Positions 41,092 through 51,509 of a DNA stretch of 64,000 nt are shown one piece after another. The notes under the pieces are model-generated. The model saw nothing but the letters and a program-made list of their open reading frames with translations, searched no databases and was not told where the DNA came from. The position numbers and the translations under genes are program-made. Within the stretch, counting starts at the first letter, position 1; every line of letters starts with the position of its first letter. Source of the DNA: a virus (Duplodnaviria; Caudoviricetes); the IMG/VR virus record IMGVR_UViG_2595698649_000001, positions 83,285 to 147,284 of that record; one strand, given 5' to 3'.

Positions 41092-41736
41092 GTGATGATA
41101 ATAACAGGAGTAGATAAGAACCATGAAGACATGGTTATCTGGTGGTATGAAAATGTTAAAAGACATAATCCAGATGTAAAAGTAGGCATATGGGATTTTG
41201 GTATGTCTATGCAAATGAGAGAAGTAGTTAAAGGTATAGACGCATGGTTAAGTGACCCTATTACACACCCTAGTAACATAGGTTGGTTTAATAAAACAAG
41301 AGCAGTTATAGATACACCAAGTCAATCAGTTGCATGGTTAGATGTAGATTGTGAAGTCTTAACAAACATAGAAGAAATATTTTCATTAGTGCCACCTAAC
41401 ATGATAGGTCTTACTAGAGATTGGGTAAGAGACAATTGGTGGGCAACTGGCGTTATAGTTGTTAATGATAGACCAGAATTACTCAAACATTGGAATGAAA
41501 TGTTGTTAAAGACAGCAATCAGAGGCGACCAAGAAATGTTATTTGAAATAGTTGGTAAAGAAGTACATGATGAAATACAAGAATTGCCACAAGAATATCA
41601 ATGGTTAAGAATATCATTAAATAAAGGCGTAGATAGTCCAACTAAAAAGATTATTCACTGGACAGGACCTAAAGGTAAAAAATTTATAAGAGAACATTTG
41701 AAACAAGGTAGAAAGTATAAAGGTGAAACTGTATGA
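41092..41736 (+). CDS. nucleotide-diphospho-sugar transferase (GT-A)
   Basis: WLDVD DxD motif, TGV, GDQE, IIHWTG. Confidence 0.8.
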   Translation: MMIITGVDKNHEDMVIWWYENVKRHNPDVKVGIWDFGMSMQMREVVKGIDAWLSDPITHPSNIGWFNKTRAVIDTPSQSVAWLDVDCEVLTNIEEIFSLVPPNMIGLTRDWVRDNWWATGVIVVNDRPELLKHWNEMLLKTAIRGDQEMLFEIVGKEVHDEIQELPQEYQWLRISLNKGVDSPTKKIIHWTGPKGKKFIREHLKQGRKYKGETV

Positions 41737-42824
41737 TAAATGAAAATACTATTTCTATATTAACACCTACAAGAAATAGACCTAACAATTGTGAAAGGTT
41801 TATTAAATCAATATATGCAACAGCAAGTGATAAGACTAAGATAGAATTATTTTTTTATGTTGATAATAATGACCCAGCATTAGAACAATACAAATCTTTA
41901 GCTGCTCATTGTGATAGTGAATATAAAGATTTTAAAAAAGTAGATTTTACATTTGGTGAACCTAAAAGTGTTTCTCTTTCATGGAATGATTTAGCAGCTA
42001 AGAGTTCAGGTTATTTAATGATTATGGGTAATGATGATTTAATTTATAGAACTGCTAATTGGGATAGTTTACTCATACAAAATTTAGCAATAAGATATAA
42101 AGAGGATCCATATTGGGTTAGTTGGGTCAATGATGGTATCAATGCTGATAGACATTGTGCCTTTCCTATTATTGCAAGAGAGTGGTATAATACTGTAGGA
42201 TATTTTGCACCTGGTTGTTTTCATTTTGGTTACAACGATACATGGGTATTTGATATTGCAAAGAGATTAGAAAGAACACATTATATTAATAACATACTTG
42301 TTGAACATATGCATTTTTCAAAAGGCAAAAGTGATATGGACGATACATATGCTCATAATAGAACAGGACCTAGAGGTAATCTATATCAAAAAGATAAAGG
42401 GATTATGTACCATGTACATCAGGTAAATAGAAGAATAGAAGAAGCAGAAAAAATTAAACAAGAGATAAACAAGATAAAAGGTCCGTCTTTAAAAGCACAA
42501 GTGATTGAAGATATACCTGAATATGAATTAGTATTTGTACAGAAACTACAAAAAGAATGGCAAGCTTCTTCACATAAACTAAAACAAGACCCATTAAAAG
42601 AACAGACAGAAAAATATAATAAACTATGTGAGAGTATAAAAAAACATGGTATGAAATATCCTATTCTGATTGATGGCGAAAACAAAGTATTACGAGGCAA
42701 TCAACGAGCATGGTATTGTATTGATAATGATATTAAATATATTAGTGCTTATAGAATTAAAGATAGTGTTATAGATAAGTTTATTCAGAAAACATATATT
42801 GACGGTGACGAATACCCTCTATGA
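41733..42824 (+). CDS. GT2-like glycosyltransferase fused to a ParB/Srx-like domain
   Basis: ISILTPTRNR, MGNDD, YNDTW; C-terminal ESIKKHGMKYPILI..RGNQR. Confidence 0.75.
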   Translation: MINENTISILTPTRNRPNNCERFIKSIYATASDKTKIELFFYVDNNDPALEQYKSLAAHCDSEYKDFKKVDFTFGEPKSVSLSWNDLAAKSSGYLMIMGNDDLIYRTANWDSLLIQNLAIRYKEDPYWVSWVNDGINADRHCAFPIIAREWYNTVGYFAPGCFHFGYNDTWVFDIAKRLERTHYINNILVEHMHFSKGKSDMDDTYAHNRTGPRGNLYQKDKGIMYHVHQVNRRIEEAEKIKQEINKIKGPSLKAQVIEDIPEYELVFVQKLQKEWQASSHKLKQDPLKEQTEKYNKLCESIKKHGMKYPILIDGENKVLRGNQRAWYCIDNDIKYISAYRIKDSVIDKFIQKTYIDGDEYPL

Positions 42825-43543
42825 TATATGCTCTATATAGAATCCACTATGGATTAGATTTCTTAGAAAAATCAATTAACTCAATCATTGATGATGTTGA
42901 TATGATTTTTATATACTGGTCTAAACAACCTTGGTATAAAGGTTGTAAAGATTTACCACCTATGAATGAGAATGTAAAAGAGTATTGCAAAAGATGGAAT
43001 GGTAAAGTAAATGTTATAGAAAGAGAATTTGACCTACCATCAGGACAATATACTCAAATGTATGCAGACATGATTATAGGTCATACAATACCAAAAAAAG
43101 TATTGATGATGGAACCTGATATGGTGTGGGACAAAGAACAATTAAAAAAAGCATTAGAACTAACAGATCCAGAAATTTCATTTAAACAAATAGAATTTTG
43201 GAAGAATGAAGAATGGTATATAAAAAGAACTAGAGAAAGACCAGGACCTACATTGTATAATCAGGCACCAGGTCTTACAGGTAAAGGTACTGCTACGAAT
43301 ACACATCTGATAAATAATAATATATATTGTTATAATTATGGATTTTGTTTAAGCAAAGAAGTGATGAAGTATAAGTTTGAAGTCGCCATACAATCATCCA
43401 AACATTATAAAGATAGTATACCTTCTAAAGATTGGTATGAAAAGAAATGGTTAAACTGGACACCAGAGACGGAAGATTTAGAAATGTCAGAAGCACATAA
43501 ACACTACATTAAAAAGGCACTACCATATGGCACTAAAGATTAA
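42821..43543 (+). CDS. GT-A-like glycosyltransferase (divergent)
   Basis: FLEKSINSIIDDVDMIFI, MEPDMVW, NYGF. Confidence 0.55.
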   Translation: MIYALYRIHYGLDFLEKSINSIIDDVDMIFIYWSKQPWYKGCKDLPPMNENVKEYCKRWNGKVNVIEREFDLPSGQYTQMYADMIIGHTIPKKVLMMEPDMVWDKEQLKKALELTDPEISFKQIEFWKNEEWYIKRTRERPGPTLYNQAPGLTGKGTATNTHLINNNIYCYNYGFCLSKEVMKYKFEVAIQSSKHYKDSIPSKDWYEKKWLNWTPETEDLEMSEAHKHYIKKALPYGTKD

Positions 43544-44897
43544 AGATTACGAACCAGTTAGAGTACATACTAAAGAAGGTTCTGAAATAGGTCTCTATAA
43601 AAAATTAACAGAAGCAGGTACTCAATATGTTATCTATAGACATGCTGCCAGAGGTAAGATTAAAAACTTTGTTGGTAATTATGAATACATTGATAACAAT
43701 AATGTATCACATTTAAAACCTATAGACTTAGAATACGGTAATAAAATTTTAGATAGAGTAGAACAAGGAATGAAATATTCCAATATCTATATTTTCTATG
43801 ATGTAAAAAGTGAAGATACAAAATTACCAGATGAACCAAGTGAACAAGAACATAAATTTACATCTACAGGTATTAAATGGTGGCGACACCAAGAAGCAAT
43901 GTTTAATTACAAATCTGGTAATCCTAATACAGTTATTTCTACACACATAAGTCCTGAAGGTGCATGTAATCTTAAATGCCCATATTGTAGTGTAACATAT
44001 AGAGATACACATACAAGAATAGATTTAGATACAATCAAAGACTATGTAACAAAATTAAAAACAAGAGGACTGAAAGCAGTAATATTAACTGGTGGTGGTG
44101 AACCTACTGCTTATAAACACTTCAATGAATTAGTGCGTTGGTTATATGGCGAAGGATTAGAAGTGGCACTTATTAGTAATGGTAGTAAACAATATTGGAA
44201 ACGAATAGACGAAGATGTATGTAAAATGTTTAGTTGGGTTAGAATATCAATTAATGTATTTACAGATTGGGAAAACAGAATTGGTTTACCATTAGAAAAA
44301 TTTGATATGAATAAAACGATTGTAGGTAACTCAATGGTTTATACAGTAGAACACGAACTATCAGACGAAGTAATGGCAGATAGAGTTGGGTTACTAGATA
44401 AAGTTTCTAAAGTGGCAGACGCTTGTGGTAGTAAGTATATAAGATTATTACCTAACTGTTTATTAGAACAAGAGAATTTAATTAGACAACATAAAAGTTT
44501 AGACAATGTATTGTCACAGGTGACAGATACAAGATTTTTTCATCAATACAAAATACATGGAGCACCTAAAACACCAACATGTCATCAATCATATTTCAGA
44601 CCTTATCTAAGTGAAGAAATACATAAAGAGACAGGTAAACCAGGTACTGTTTATCCTTGTGATAGCGTTGTATTGAATGATAACTATGAACACTTTGCTG
44701 AAGAATATCAGTTATGCCATGCTAGTGATATACTAGACTACTTGGATAAAAAAGTATTACAAAAATTTGACGCAACAAAAAGATGTACAGGTTGTGTCTT
44801 TACTGATAATGTCAATATGCTTGATGATTTTATAAATGATAAAGTTAACAGGTTTGACGAATTTAAGGAGCCGTTGACACATGAAAACTTTGTTTAA
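43527..44897 (+). CDS. radical SAM protein with SPASM/twitch-like C-terminus
   Basis: CNLKCPYC, LTGGGEP, C..GTVYPC..CTGC. Confidence 0.9.
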   Translation: MALKIKDYEPVRVHTKEGSEIGLYKKLTEAGTQYVIYRHAARGKIKNFVGNYEYIDNNNVSHLKPIDLEYGNKILDRVEQGMKYSNIYIFYDVKSEDTKLPDEPSEQEHKFTSTGIKWWRHQEAMFNYKSGNPNTVISTHISPEGACNLKCPYCSVTYRDTHTRIDLDTIKDYVTKLKTRGLKAVILTGGGEPTAYKHFNELVRWLYGEGLEVALISNGSKQYWKRIDEDVCKMFSWVRISINVFTDWENRIGLPLEKFDMNKTIVGNSMVYTVEHELSDEVMADRVGLLDKVSKVADACGSKYIRLLPNCLLEQENLIRQHKSLDNVLSQVTDTRFFHQYKIHGAPKTPTCHQSYFRPYLSEEIHKETGKPGTVYPCDSVVLNDNYEHFAEEYQLCHASDILDYLDKKVLQKFDATKRCTGCVFTDNVNMLDDFINDKVNRFDEFKEPLTHENFV

Positions 44898-45609
44898 ACC
44901 AGGTCAATTCTTTGACGAAAATTATTACGAAAGAGGTGCAGAAACAGGTAAGAGTTTGTATTCACATTATAGATGGATGCCAGAACTCACAATACCTATG
45001 TGCCATCACATTGCCAAATACCTAGAATTAAAAGAAACAGATAAAGTATTAGACTTTGGTTGTGCCAAAGGATTTTCAGTATATGGTCTTAGACTATTAG
45101 GTTATAAGGCATATGGTGTAGATGTATCAGAATATGCAGTTAAGAAATCACCAGAAGAAATAAGAAAGTGGTTAGGTGTAATAGAACCACAAGAAGAATT
45201 AACATGTGCTGAAGGTGGTTATGACTGGATACTTTGTAAAGATATATTAGAACATGTACCCTATGAAAATATAGAACAACAACTGGAAGTATTTCACAAA
45301 GGTGGTAAAAGATTATTTGTGATTGTACCTATAGGTCGTAATGGTAAATATTTAATTGATAGTTATGAACAAGACAAGTCACACTTTATTAAAGAAGATA
45401 TAGATTGGTGGACTAAAAAGATAGAAGACGCAGGTTTTGAGATAGACTTAGCAACTTATGATTTAGGTCCTTTTAAAAAGAACTGGCAATTTGAACCAGA
45501 AGGTAATGCCTTAATTATGGCAACAAGACCAAATACTTTACACGAAGATTTAATGATAGGTTTTAAAGAAGAACAAAGACAAAGAGAATTAGAAGAAGAA
45601 GACGAGTGA
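44881..45609 (+). CDS. class I SAM-dependent methyltransferase
   Basis: VLDFGCAKG, GVDVS, DILEHV. Confidence 0.9.
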   Translation: MKTLFKPGQFFDENYYERGAETGKSLYSHYRWMPELTIPMCHHIAKYLELKETDKVLDFGCAKGFSVYGLRLLGYKAYGVDVSEYAVKKSPEEIRKWLGVIEPQEELTCAEGGYDWILCKDILEHVPYENIEQQLEVFHKGGKRLFVIVPIGRNGKYLIDSYEQDKSHFIKEDIDWWTKKIEDAGFEIDLATYDLGPFKKNWQFEPEGNALIMATRPNTLHEDLMIGFKEEQRQRELEEEDE

Positions 45610-47138
45610 TTATATTAGGATTATATTTTGGTCATAATGCTGCTGCCTGTGTACTTAAAGATGGCGAAGTATTAATCAATTGGGAACTAGAAAGATTTAC
45701 GAGAATAAAACATGACTTTGGTTTTAGTCAGGAGTTTATTGATAAGACATTAGAACATTGTGGTTTAACAATGAATGATGTTGACCATATTGCATGTAAT
45801 AATCCAGGCACAATTACTAGATGGATTGAACAACACATGCCAGAAAGAAAATTAAATTTTAAAGTACCTAGTGCAAAGACTTTAGAATATAAAAAGTTTG
45901 ATAAAGGTTACATTGTTAATCATCATTTAGCACACGCAGCTTCAACATACTATACAAGTCCTTTTGATACTGCCACAATCTTTACATGGGACGGTGGTGG
46001 TGATAGTGAGAACTCTAGTGTATCACAAGGTGTTGGTAATAAGATAGAACAATATAAACCTGACGCAAGAAAGAACTTAGCGGCATACTGGTCAAGTATT
46101 ACAATCAATAATTATAGAATGAAAAGAGTACATGAATGGGACCCAGGTTCTGGTGCAGGTAAAGTTATGGGTCTTGCAAGTTATGGTAATGCTAATGAAG
46201 ATTTGATAAGAACGATAGAGAGAACATTATCAGAGGCACCAAGACATGAATATTATGATCCACGAGCCAGAGCATATAACAATTGCGAAGACTTATCAGA
46301 TACAAAAACATCTAATAGTCAAAATGTGGCAGCAAGTTTACAAAGTCTTACTACACGAACACTACTAACTGAAATAGATGATATTTACACAGGTAATCAA
46401 AACTTATGTTATGCAGGTGGACTTGCGTTAAATTGTATTGCAAATAGAGAGATTATCAAACAGACAAAGTTTGAAAAATTGCATGTTCCTCCGTTTCCTA
46501 ACGACACAGGATTAGCGATAGGGTGTGCTTTGTATATCTGGCACCATGTGTTAGATAACCCTAAGAAAACATCATATTTTAGTCCTTATACAGGACCAGA
46601 TTATAATGTAGGACAACCTGACATTGAAAGAGTTGGTAACCTACTTGCAGATAATAAAGTTATATGTTACTATGAAGGTCGTAGTGAGAGTGGACCTAGA
46701 GCATTAGGACATAGAAGTATTTTATGTAATCCAGGTATTGATGGCATAAGAGATAGATTAAACTACAAAGTAAAAATGAGAGAATGGTACAGACCATATG
46801 CACCTATTATACCTGAAGAAAATGCCAAAGAAATGTTATTAGATTATAACGAATGGTCACCTTATATGCAAACAAGTGCCATAGTTAAACATGAGTATGA
46901 TGAGGCATTATCAGGCGTTACACAAGTTGATGGTAGTACAAGAGCACAAATTTTAAAACACGACCATAATGAAACACTATATAATATTATACAACAAAGT
47001 AAATTGCCTGCTTTGTTGAATACAAGTTTTAACTACCAAGAACCTATAGTTGAAACACCTGAACAGGCGAAGGCAACATTTGATAGAATGAAAGATGTTG
47101 ATGTATTAGTAATTGGAGATAAAATATATGAAAGATAG
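45606..47138 (+). CDS. NodU/CmcH-family O-carbamoyltransferase
   Basis: GHNAA, ERFTRIKH, HHLAHA, DGGGD, GKVMGLA, GPRALGHRS, NTSFN. Confidence 0.93.
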   Translation: MIILGLYFGHNAAACVLKDGEVLINWELERFTRIKHDFGFSQEFIDKTLEHCGLTMNDVDHIACNNPGTITRWIEQHMPERKLNFKVPSAKTLEYKKFDKGYIVNHHLAHAASTYYTSPFDTATIFTWDGGGDSENSSVSQGVGNKIEQYKPDARKNLAAYWSSITINNYRMKRVHEWDPGSGAGKVMGLASYGNANEDLIRTIERTLSEAPRHEYYDPRARAYNNCEDLSDTKTSNSQNVAASLQSLTTRTLLTEIDDIYTGNQNLCYAGGLALNCIANREIIKQTKFEKLHVPPFPNDTGLAIGCALYIWHHVLDNPKKTSYFSPYTGPDYNVGQPDIERVGNLLADNKVICYYEGRSESGPRALGHRSILCNPGIDGIRDRLNYKVKMREWYRPYAPIIPEENAKEMLLDYNEWSPYMQTSAIVKHEYDEALSGVTQVDGSTRAQILKHDHNETLYNIIQQSKLPALLNTSFNYQEPIVETPEQAKATFDRMKDVDVLVIGDKIYER

Positions 47139-47886
47139 AATTGACCACATAGTAAAATGGATAAAAGATTATGCAAACAAATATAACAAGACAACATTAG
47201 TTATAGGTGTATCAGGTGGTATAGATAGTGCAGTAGCGTCAACGCTATGTGCTATGACAGGTATCAAAGTCATACCAATTGTAATGTCAATTAAAAATAA
47301 AGATACATTAGCATTAGAACATGCTTGGTGGTTAGATGAGAATTTTGATAATGTAAGTCGTAGAGTTATTAACTTAGAAAAAATATTCCATGAGTTTGAA
47401 AACGCAAGTAATTATCTAGGTGCTGATAGTAAATTAGCATTTGCAAATAGTCGTAGTAGATTAAGAATGATGATGTTATATCAAGTGGCACAAAGTAGTA
47501 ATGGATTAGTTGTAGGCACAGGTAACAAAGTAGAAGATTTTGGTGTAGGTTTCTATACTAAGTATGGTGATGGTGGTGTTGATATATCACCTATTGCAGA
47601 TTGTATGAAAACAGATGTATGGAAAATTGCAAAAGAATTAAATATATTACAATCAATACAAGAGGCAAAACCAACAGATGGTTTATGGGACGATGGAAGA
47701 ACAGATGAAGACCAACTTGGTATGAGTTACGAAGAATTAGAAAAAGCAATGAAGCAAGACCAAATGGGTGCCATTGTTACTAAACCTAGTGACCAAGAAA
47801 GAATGAGTATATATATGAAACATAGAAAACAAAATTTACATAAGATGGAACCTATTCCAGTATGTAGCATGGAGAAATTTAAATGA
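47128..47886 (+). CDS. nadE: NH3-dependent NAD+ synthetase
   Basis: GVSGGIDSA, SRLRM, GTGNKVE, TKYGDG, PTDGLW, DEDQLG. Confidence 0.93.
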   Translation: MKDRIDHIVKWIKDYANKYNKTTLVIGVSGGIDSAVASTLCAMTGIKVIPIVMSIKNKDTLALEHAWWLDENFDNVSRRVINLEKIFHEFENASNYLGADSKLAFANSRSRLRMMMLYQVAQSSNGLVVGTGNKVEDFGVGFYTKYGDGGVDISPIADCMKTDVWKIAKELNILQSIQEAKPTDGLWDDGRTDEDQLGMSYEELEKAMKQDQMGAIVTKPSDQERMSIYMKHRKQNLHKMEPIPVCSMEKFK

Positions 47887-49028
47887 AAGTAGGATTTATA
47901 GGACTAGGTAAACTAGGCAGAGACGCAGCTGAAGTATTAGCAGAAAAACATGATGTAACAGGTTATGACCCTCATGTAGATGTACCAGGTTTATCAGGTA
48001 CACAAGAACAAGCATGTAAAGGTAAAGATGTAGTTTTAATTGCAGTACAAACACCACATGACCCTTTGTATGACGGTAAAGACCCAACATCACATTTACC
48101 ACCAAAAGATTTTGATTACTCTTACATTATAGAGGCAACGAAACAAGTTGACGCATTAGTAGATAAAGGTACTTTAATTTCTGTTATATCAACTATGTTA
48201 CCAGGTACTGTAAGAAAACAAATACAACCACTTGTACAAAATGGTCAGTTTATTTACAATCCTTATTTGATTGCACAAGGTACTGTAAAATGGGATATGA
48301 AAAATCCTGAAATGATTATGATAGGTACGGAAGATGGCAAAGAAAGTTTAGCAGTAGATATGTTGCATGACTTATATGACCCTATCTTAGAGAAAGAAGT
48401 AAGATATGAATTAGGTACATGGGAAGAAATAGAAGCATTAAAAGTATTCTACAATACCTTTATATCTACAAAACTTGCATTAGTGAATATGATACAAGAC
48501 ACAGCAATGAATGTTGGTCATATGAATGTTGATGTGGTAACAAATGCATTGAAAAATAGTACACAAAGAATTATGGGACCTAGTTATATGAAAGCAGGTT
48601 TTGGTGACGGTGGTGGTTGCCATCCTAGAGATAATATCGCATTAAGAGTATTGAATGAAAGATACCAATATGGTTATGACTTGTTTGATAGTATTATGAA
48701 AGCAAGAGAAGAACAAGCTGCCAACATGGCAAGATATTGTTTATCTTTTCAAATGCCTGTAGTTATACTAGGTAAGGCATTTAAACCTGGCATTGACCAA
48801 ACGGCAGGAAGTCCTTCTATGTTAGTTGGTTGGTATGTAGAAAAGTTAGGTAGTCAAAAAGTACATTATGATAAAGCACCTGATGGTGGTGCGTACACTT
48901 ATCTTATACATGATAAAGGTTTGATACCTGAAGAATGGAATCCTGGTAGTTGTATTATAGACCCTTATAGAGAATTAGGTCCAGTTAAAAATTGTGTGGT
49001 AAAACATTATGGTAACACTCGCAGATAG
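47883..49028 (+). CDS. UDP-glucose/GDP-mannose dehydrogenase family
   Basis: GLGKLG, AVQTP, K..N, GDGGGCHPRD, GKAFKP. Confidence 0.92.
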   Translation: MKVGFIGLGKLGRDAAEVLAEKHDVTGYDPHVDVPGLSGTQEQACKGKDVVLIAVQTPHDPLYDGKDPTSHLPPKDFDYSYIIEATKQVDALVDKGTLISVISTMLPGTVRKQIQPLVQNGQFIYNPYLIAQGTVKWDMKNPEMIMIGTEDGKESLAVDMLHDLYDPILEKEVRYELGTWEEIEALKVFYNTFISTKLALVNMIQDTAMNVGHMNVDVVTNALKNSTQRIMGPSYMKAGFGDGGGCHPRDNIALRVLNERYQYGYDLFDSIMKAREEQAANMARYCLSFQMPVVILGKAFKPGIDQTAGSPSMLVGWYVEKLGSQKVHYDKAPDGGAYTYLIHDKGLIPEEWNPGSCIIDPYRELGPVKNCVVKHYGNTRR

Positions 49029-49497
49029 AAAGATTGGAACAAATGTATTAGTTAACCTTGTTAACATAAGGTCAACTCTTCCACAAAAACTTGTAGGTCT
49101 ACAAAGACATTTACAACAAGATTATAATTCTTATATAGAATATCTAAATGCAAGATGTCAAGCATTTGTAGATAGAGGTTGGAAAATTAATATGATGAAT
49201 GATGTTATTGACGAAACTGTTAATGATAGAAAACTTGTACATCCTTTATTTGACTTTAAAGATTTTAAAAGAAGACAGTTTATACCAGAAGATGAGATAA
49301 GAAGTTATGAAAAGATATTTGTTGCAGGTGTATTTTTACAACATGAGGTATTAGAAAAGTATCATATGTTAAACAAAGTAAATCCTGAAACTTATATTAC
49401 ACCTACAATATCATTTTGCCAAGAATGGGGATATGATACACAAAAGAATGAAAACTGGAAAAAACTTGTAACTTTAGATATGTTTGCTTATGTTTAA
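49009..49497 (+). CDS. hypothetical protein
   Basis: Overlapping ORF in the cluster; no clear motif. Confidence 0.55.
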   Translation: MVTLADRKIGTNVLVNLVNIRSTLPQKLVGLQRHLQQDYNSYIEYLNARCQAFVDRGWKINMMNDVIDETVNDRKLVHPLFDFKDFKRRQFIPEDEIRSYEKIFVAGVFLQHEVLEKYHMLNKVNPETYITPTISFCQEWGYDTQKNENWKKLVTLDMFAYV

Positions 49498-50122
49498 TAT
49501 ACCTCATTGGAAATATAATGTGGATCCTAAAAGTTATGATAGAGATATCATATTAAAAGAAATAGAACATAATTATAATATTGATAATCACAGAAACGAA
49601 TGGGATGGTAACAATCCTTTACAAAGTGATTTACACCATAGTAATAAGGATCCAGATAATCCTAAATTTAAAAAGATTAATTATAAATCTATCATACCAG
49701 TTTACCATAAACTCTTTGATAATTTTTGTAAAACATTAAAACTTAAAAGTTCATTTACATATACATTTCAGATTACAAACTATACTGCCATGAAGTCAGG
49801 TCAATATATGAGACCACATAATCATGTAGGTGATAGTGATTTCACTTGTATTCATTATATCAAGTACAATAAAGACAAACACCAATCTACATTATTCCAC
49901 AATGCCAATCATTGGGCAGATGATTACCAATACTTACGACCTATATTCTATTCTAAATTAGACCCATTAAACGAAGAACATAGTTATCTTAACAAATACT
50001 GGAAACTTCCTACTGAGGAAAATGATTTTATTATTACACCTTCCGCTTTAGTACACGAAGTACCACCTTTCAAATCAGACGAATTAAGGGTTACCTTAGT
50101 CGTAAATCTTCAAATTAAGTAG
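49490..50122 (+). CDS. 2OG-Fe(II) oxygenase-like
   Basis: PHNH..FTCIHY..PSALVHEV..RVTLVVN. Confidence 0.8.
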   Translation: MFNIPHWKYNVDPKSYDRDIILKEIEHNYNIDNHRNEWDGNNPLQSDLHHSNKDPDNPKFKKINYKSIIPVYHKLFDNFCKTLKLKSSFTYTFQITNYTAMKSGQYMRPHNHVGDSDFTCIHYIKYNKDKHQSTLFHNANHWADDYQYLRPIFYSKLDPLNEEHSYLNKYWKLPTEENDFIITPSALVHEVPPFKSDELRVTLVVNLQIK

Positions 50123-50245
50123 AACAAAACAAGAACATAGGCTGTGCGATATGTCGCACCAGCACTAAACCATTGCCAGGCAACGGAACTAATTTGCTGT
50201 TTTATGCCAATAGTTGTTGACTTTTGGTTAAAAGTGTGGTATATT
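50122..50245 (+). promoter_or_regulatory. compound promoter, near-duplicate of 3975-4098
   Basis: GAACAAAACAAGAAC 50122-50136; TGTGCGATATGTCGCA 50143-50158; TTGACT 50217 N17 TATATT. Confidence 0.75.
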
Positions 50246-50254
50246 ATACAGTAT

Positions 50255-50467
50255 ATGATAACAAAAAATATAAAAACAAATAATATGACGATTGTAAGAA
50301 ATGTTGCATACAGTCAAATTAACAAGATGAGTAAGAATATCAAAGAAGTTATTGAAGTTGATACTACTCTTTTAAAGATGATTGATATTAATATGAAGAA
50401 CGCAATTAATAAAATCATTTACGACTATAATGTATATCAACAAACTGGTGTACTAAAAATTAAATAA
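50255..50467 (+). CDS. small early hypothetical protein
   Basis: ATG just downstream of the promoter; the upstream part of the called ORF is regulatory DNA. Confidence 0.6.
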   Translation: MITKNIKTNNMTIVRNVAYSQINKMSKNIKEVIEVDTTLLKMIDINMKNAINKIIYDYNVYQQTGVLKIK

Positions 50468-50486
50468 ACTAACAGAAGGATATATT

Positions 50487-50690
50487 ATGACATATGAAGA
50501 AATGAGAGACAAAGTTACTAAGTTACTTGACAATACAGAAGAAAAAATGTCTGAGTTGATTGAAAACTATAACGAGAATAATAAAGAAAATACAGAAGTT
50601 GATACTGTTGATTTATCTAGTAAGTTTTCAGAATTACAAGATTACTTAGAAGACTATACATCTGAGTTTGAAGAAGTACAAATACGATAA
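50487..50690 (+). CDS. small acidic early protein
   Basis: SD AAGGA; Glu/Asp-rich. Confidence 0.6.
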   Translation: MTYEEMRDKVTKLLDNTEEKMSELIENYNENNKENTEVDTVDLSSKFSELQDYLEDYTSEFEEVQIR

Positions 50691-50709
50691 TTAGAAAGAG
50701 AGATATATT

Positions 50710-50913
50710 ATGAATAAATTTTTAGAATACACAACTACTACATTTGCCATCATTGGTATTTTGAGTTTGATATTTGCCGTTGGTGCTATTGACGGTGGTT
50801 ATAATGGTGTGCCAATGAATGACAATTGGTTCGCTTTTGGTATTTGTACAATGATAGGTTTAATATCATTTGCAATATCTTTATTAAGTCAATCTAAAAT
50901 AGAAAGGATATAA
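50710..50913 (+). CDS. small two-TM membrane protein
   Basis: Two hydrophobic segments. Confidence 0.65.
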   Translation: MNKFLEYTTTTFAIIGILSLIFAVGAIDGGYNGVPMNDNWFAFGICTMIGLISFAISLLSQSKIERI

Positions 50914-51257
50914 TGAGAAAAACATTTTTTTACGTTTTTGTTGCTTGGGTCTATATTTGGTCTTGGTCAATATTTAATGTAGTGAAAGCAGATGAACCAA
51001 TAGTTTCAAAAGAGTATGTTGAAACAGTTGTTGGTCATGTGATTAGAAATATGAATAATATGGACCATGGCGAGGTGTTAAGTAATGACCTTGCTAGAAT
51101 TGCCCATATGTATGCCATTGATATGTTGATAAGTGTACAGAAACATTTACCTTACATATTAGAAGGTGCTATAGTTGACATGAGACTAAAAGCAGATAAA
51201 GAGTATAAATGTTCAATCCAAGGTGACAGTAAAAACAAGGAGTGTTATGACAATTAA
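50913..51257 (+). CDS. exported hypothetical protein
   Basis: Signal-like N-terminus ending VKA-DE. Confidence 0.6.
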   Translation: MRKTFFYVFVAWVYIWSWSIFNVVKADEPIVSKEYVETVVGHVIRNMNNMDHGEVLSNDLARIAHMYAIDMLISVQKHLPYILEGAIVDMRLKADKEYKCSIQGDSKNKECYDN

Positions 51258-51483
51258 AACAAAAGAAGATATTATAGAAACAATAGAATATGCCATCAAA
51301 GATATTAAGAGTGGTATGGAAGAAAGTGGTATTGCTGAACTGGAAGATTTAGTGAAAGATATTAAGGATCCTAAAATGATGACAGTTGATTTAAAGAAAC
51401 AGTATGATTGGAGAACTGATTACGATTGGACTGATTTGAATGACCATCCTGTAGAATTGCCAGATGGTTGGGTAAAAGTATGA
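51247..51483 (+). CDS. hypothetical protein
   Basis: SD AAGGAG before the ATG of MTIKT. Confidence 0.55.
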   Translation: MTIKTKEDIIETIEYAIKDIKSGMEESGIAELEDLVKDIKDPKMMTVDLKKQYDWRTDYDWTDLNDHPVELPDGWVKV

Positions 51484-51509
51484 ATAAACGAAAGCGAAAG
51501 GAAACAATT

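Noticed and set aside
49009-49497. Nicotinamidase/isochorismatase to pair with nadE
   Set aside because: Only a vague KIFVAGV resemblance; catalytic Asp and Cys not evident
50144-50254. N-terminal part of ORF 50144..50467
   Set aside because: Runs through the operator/promoter cassette
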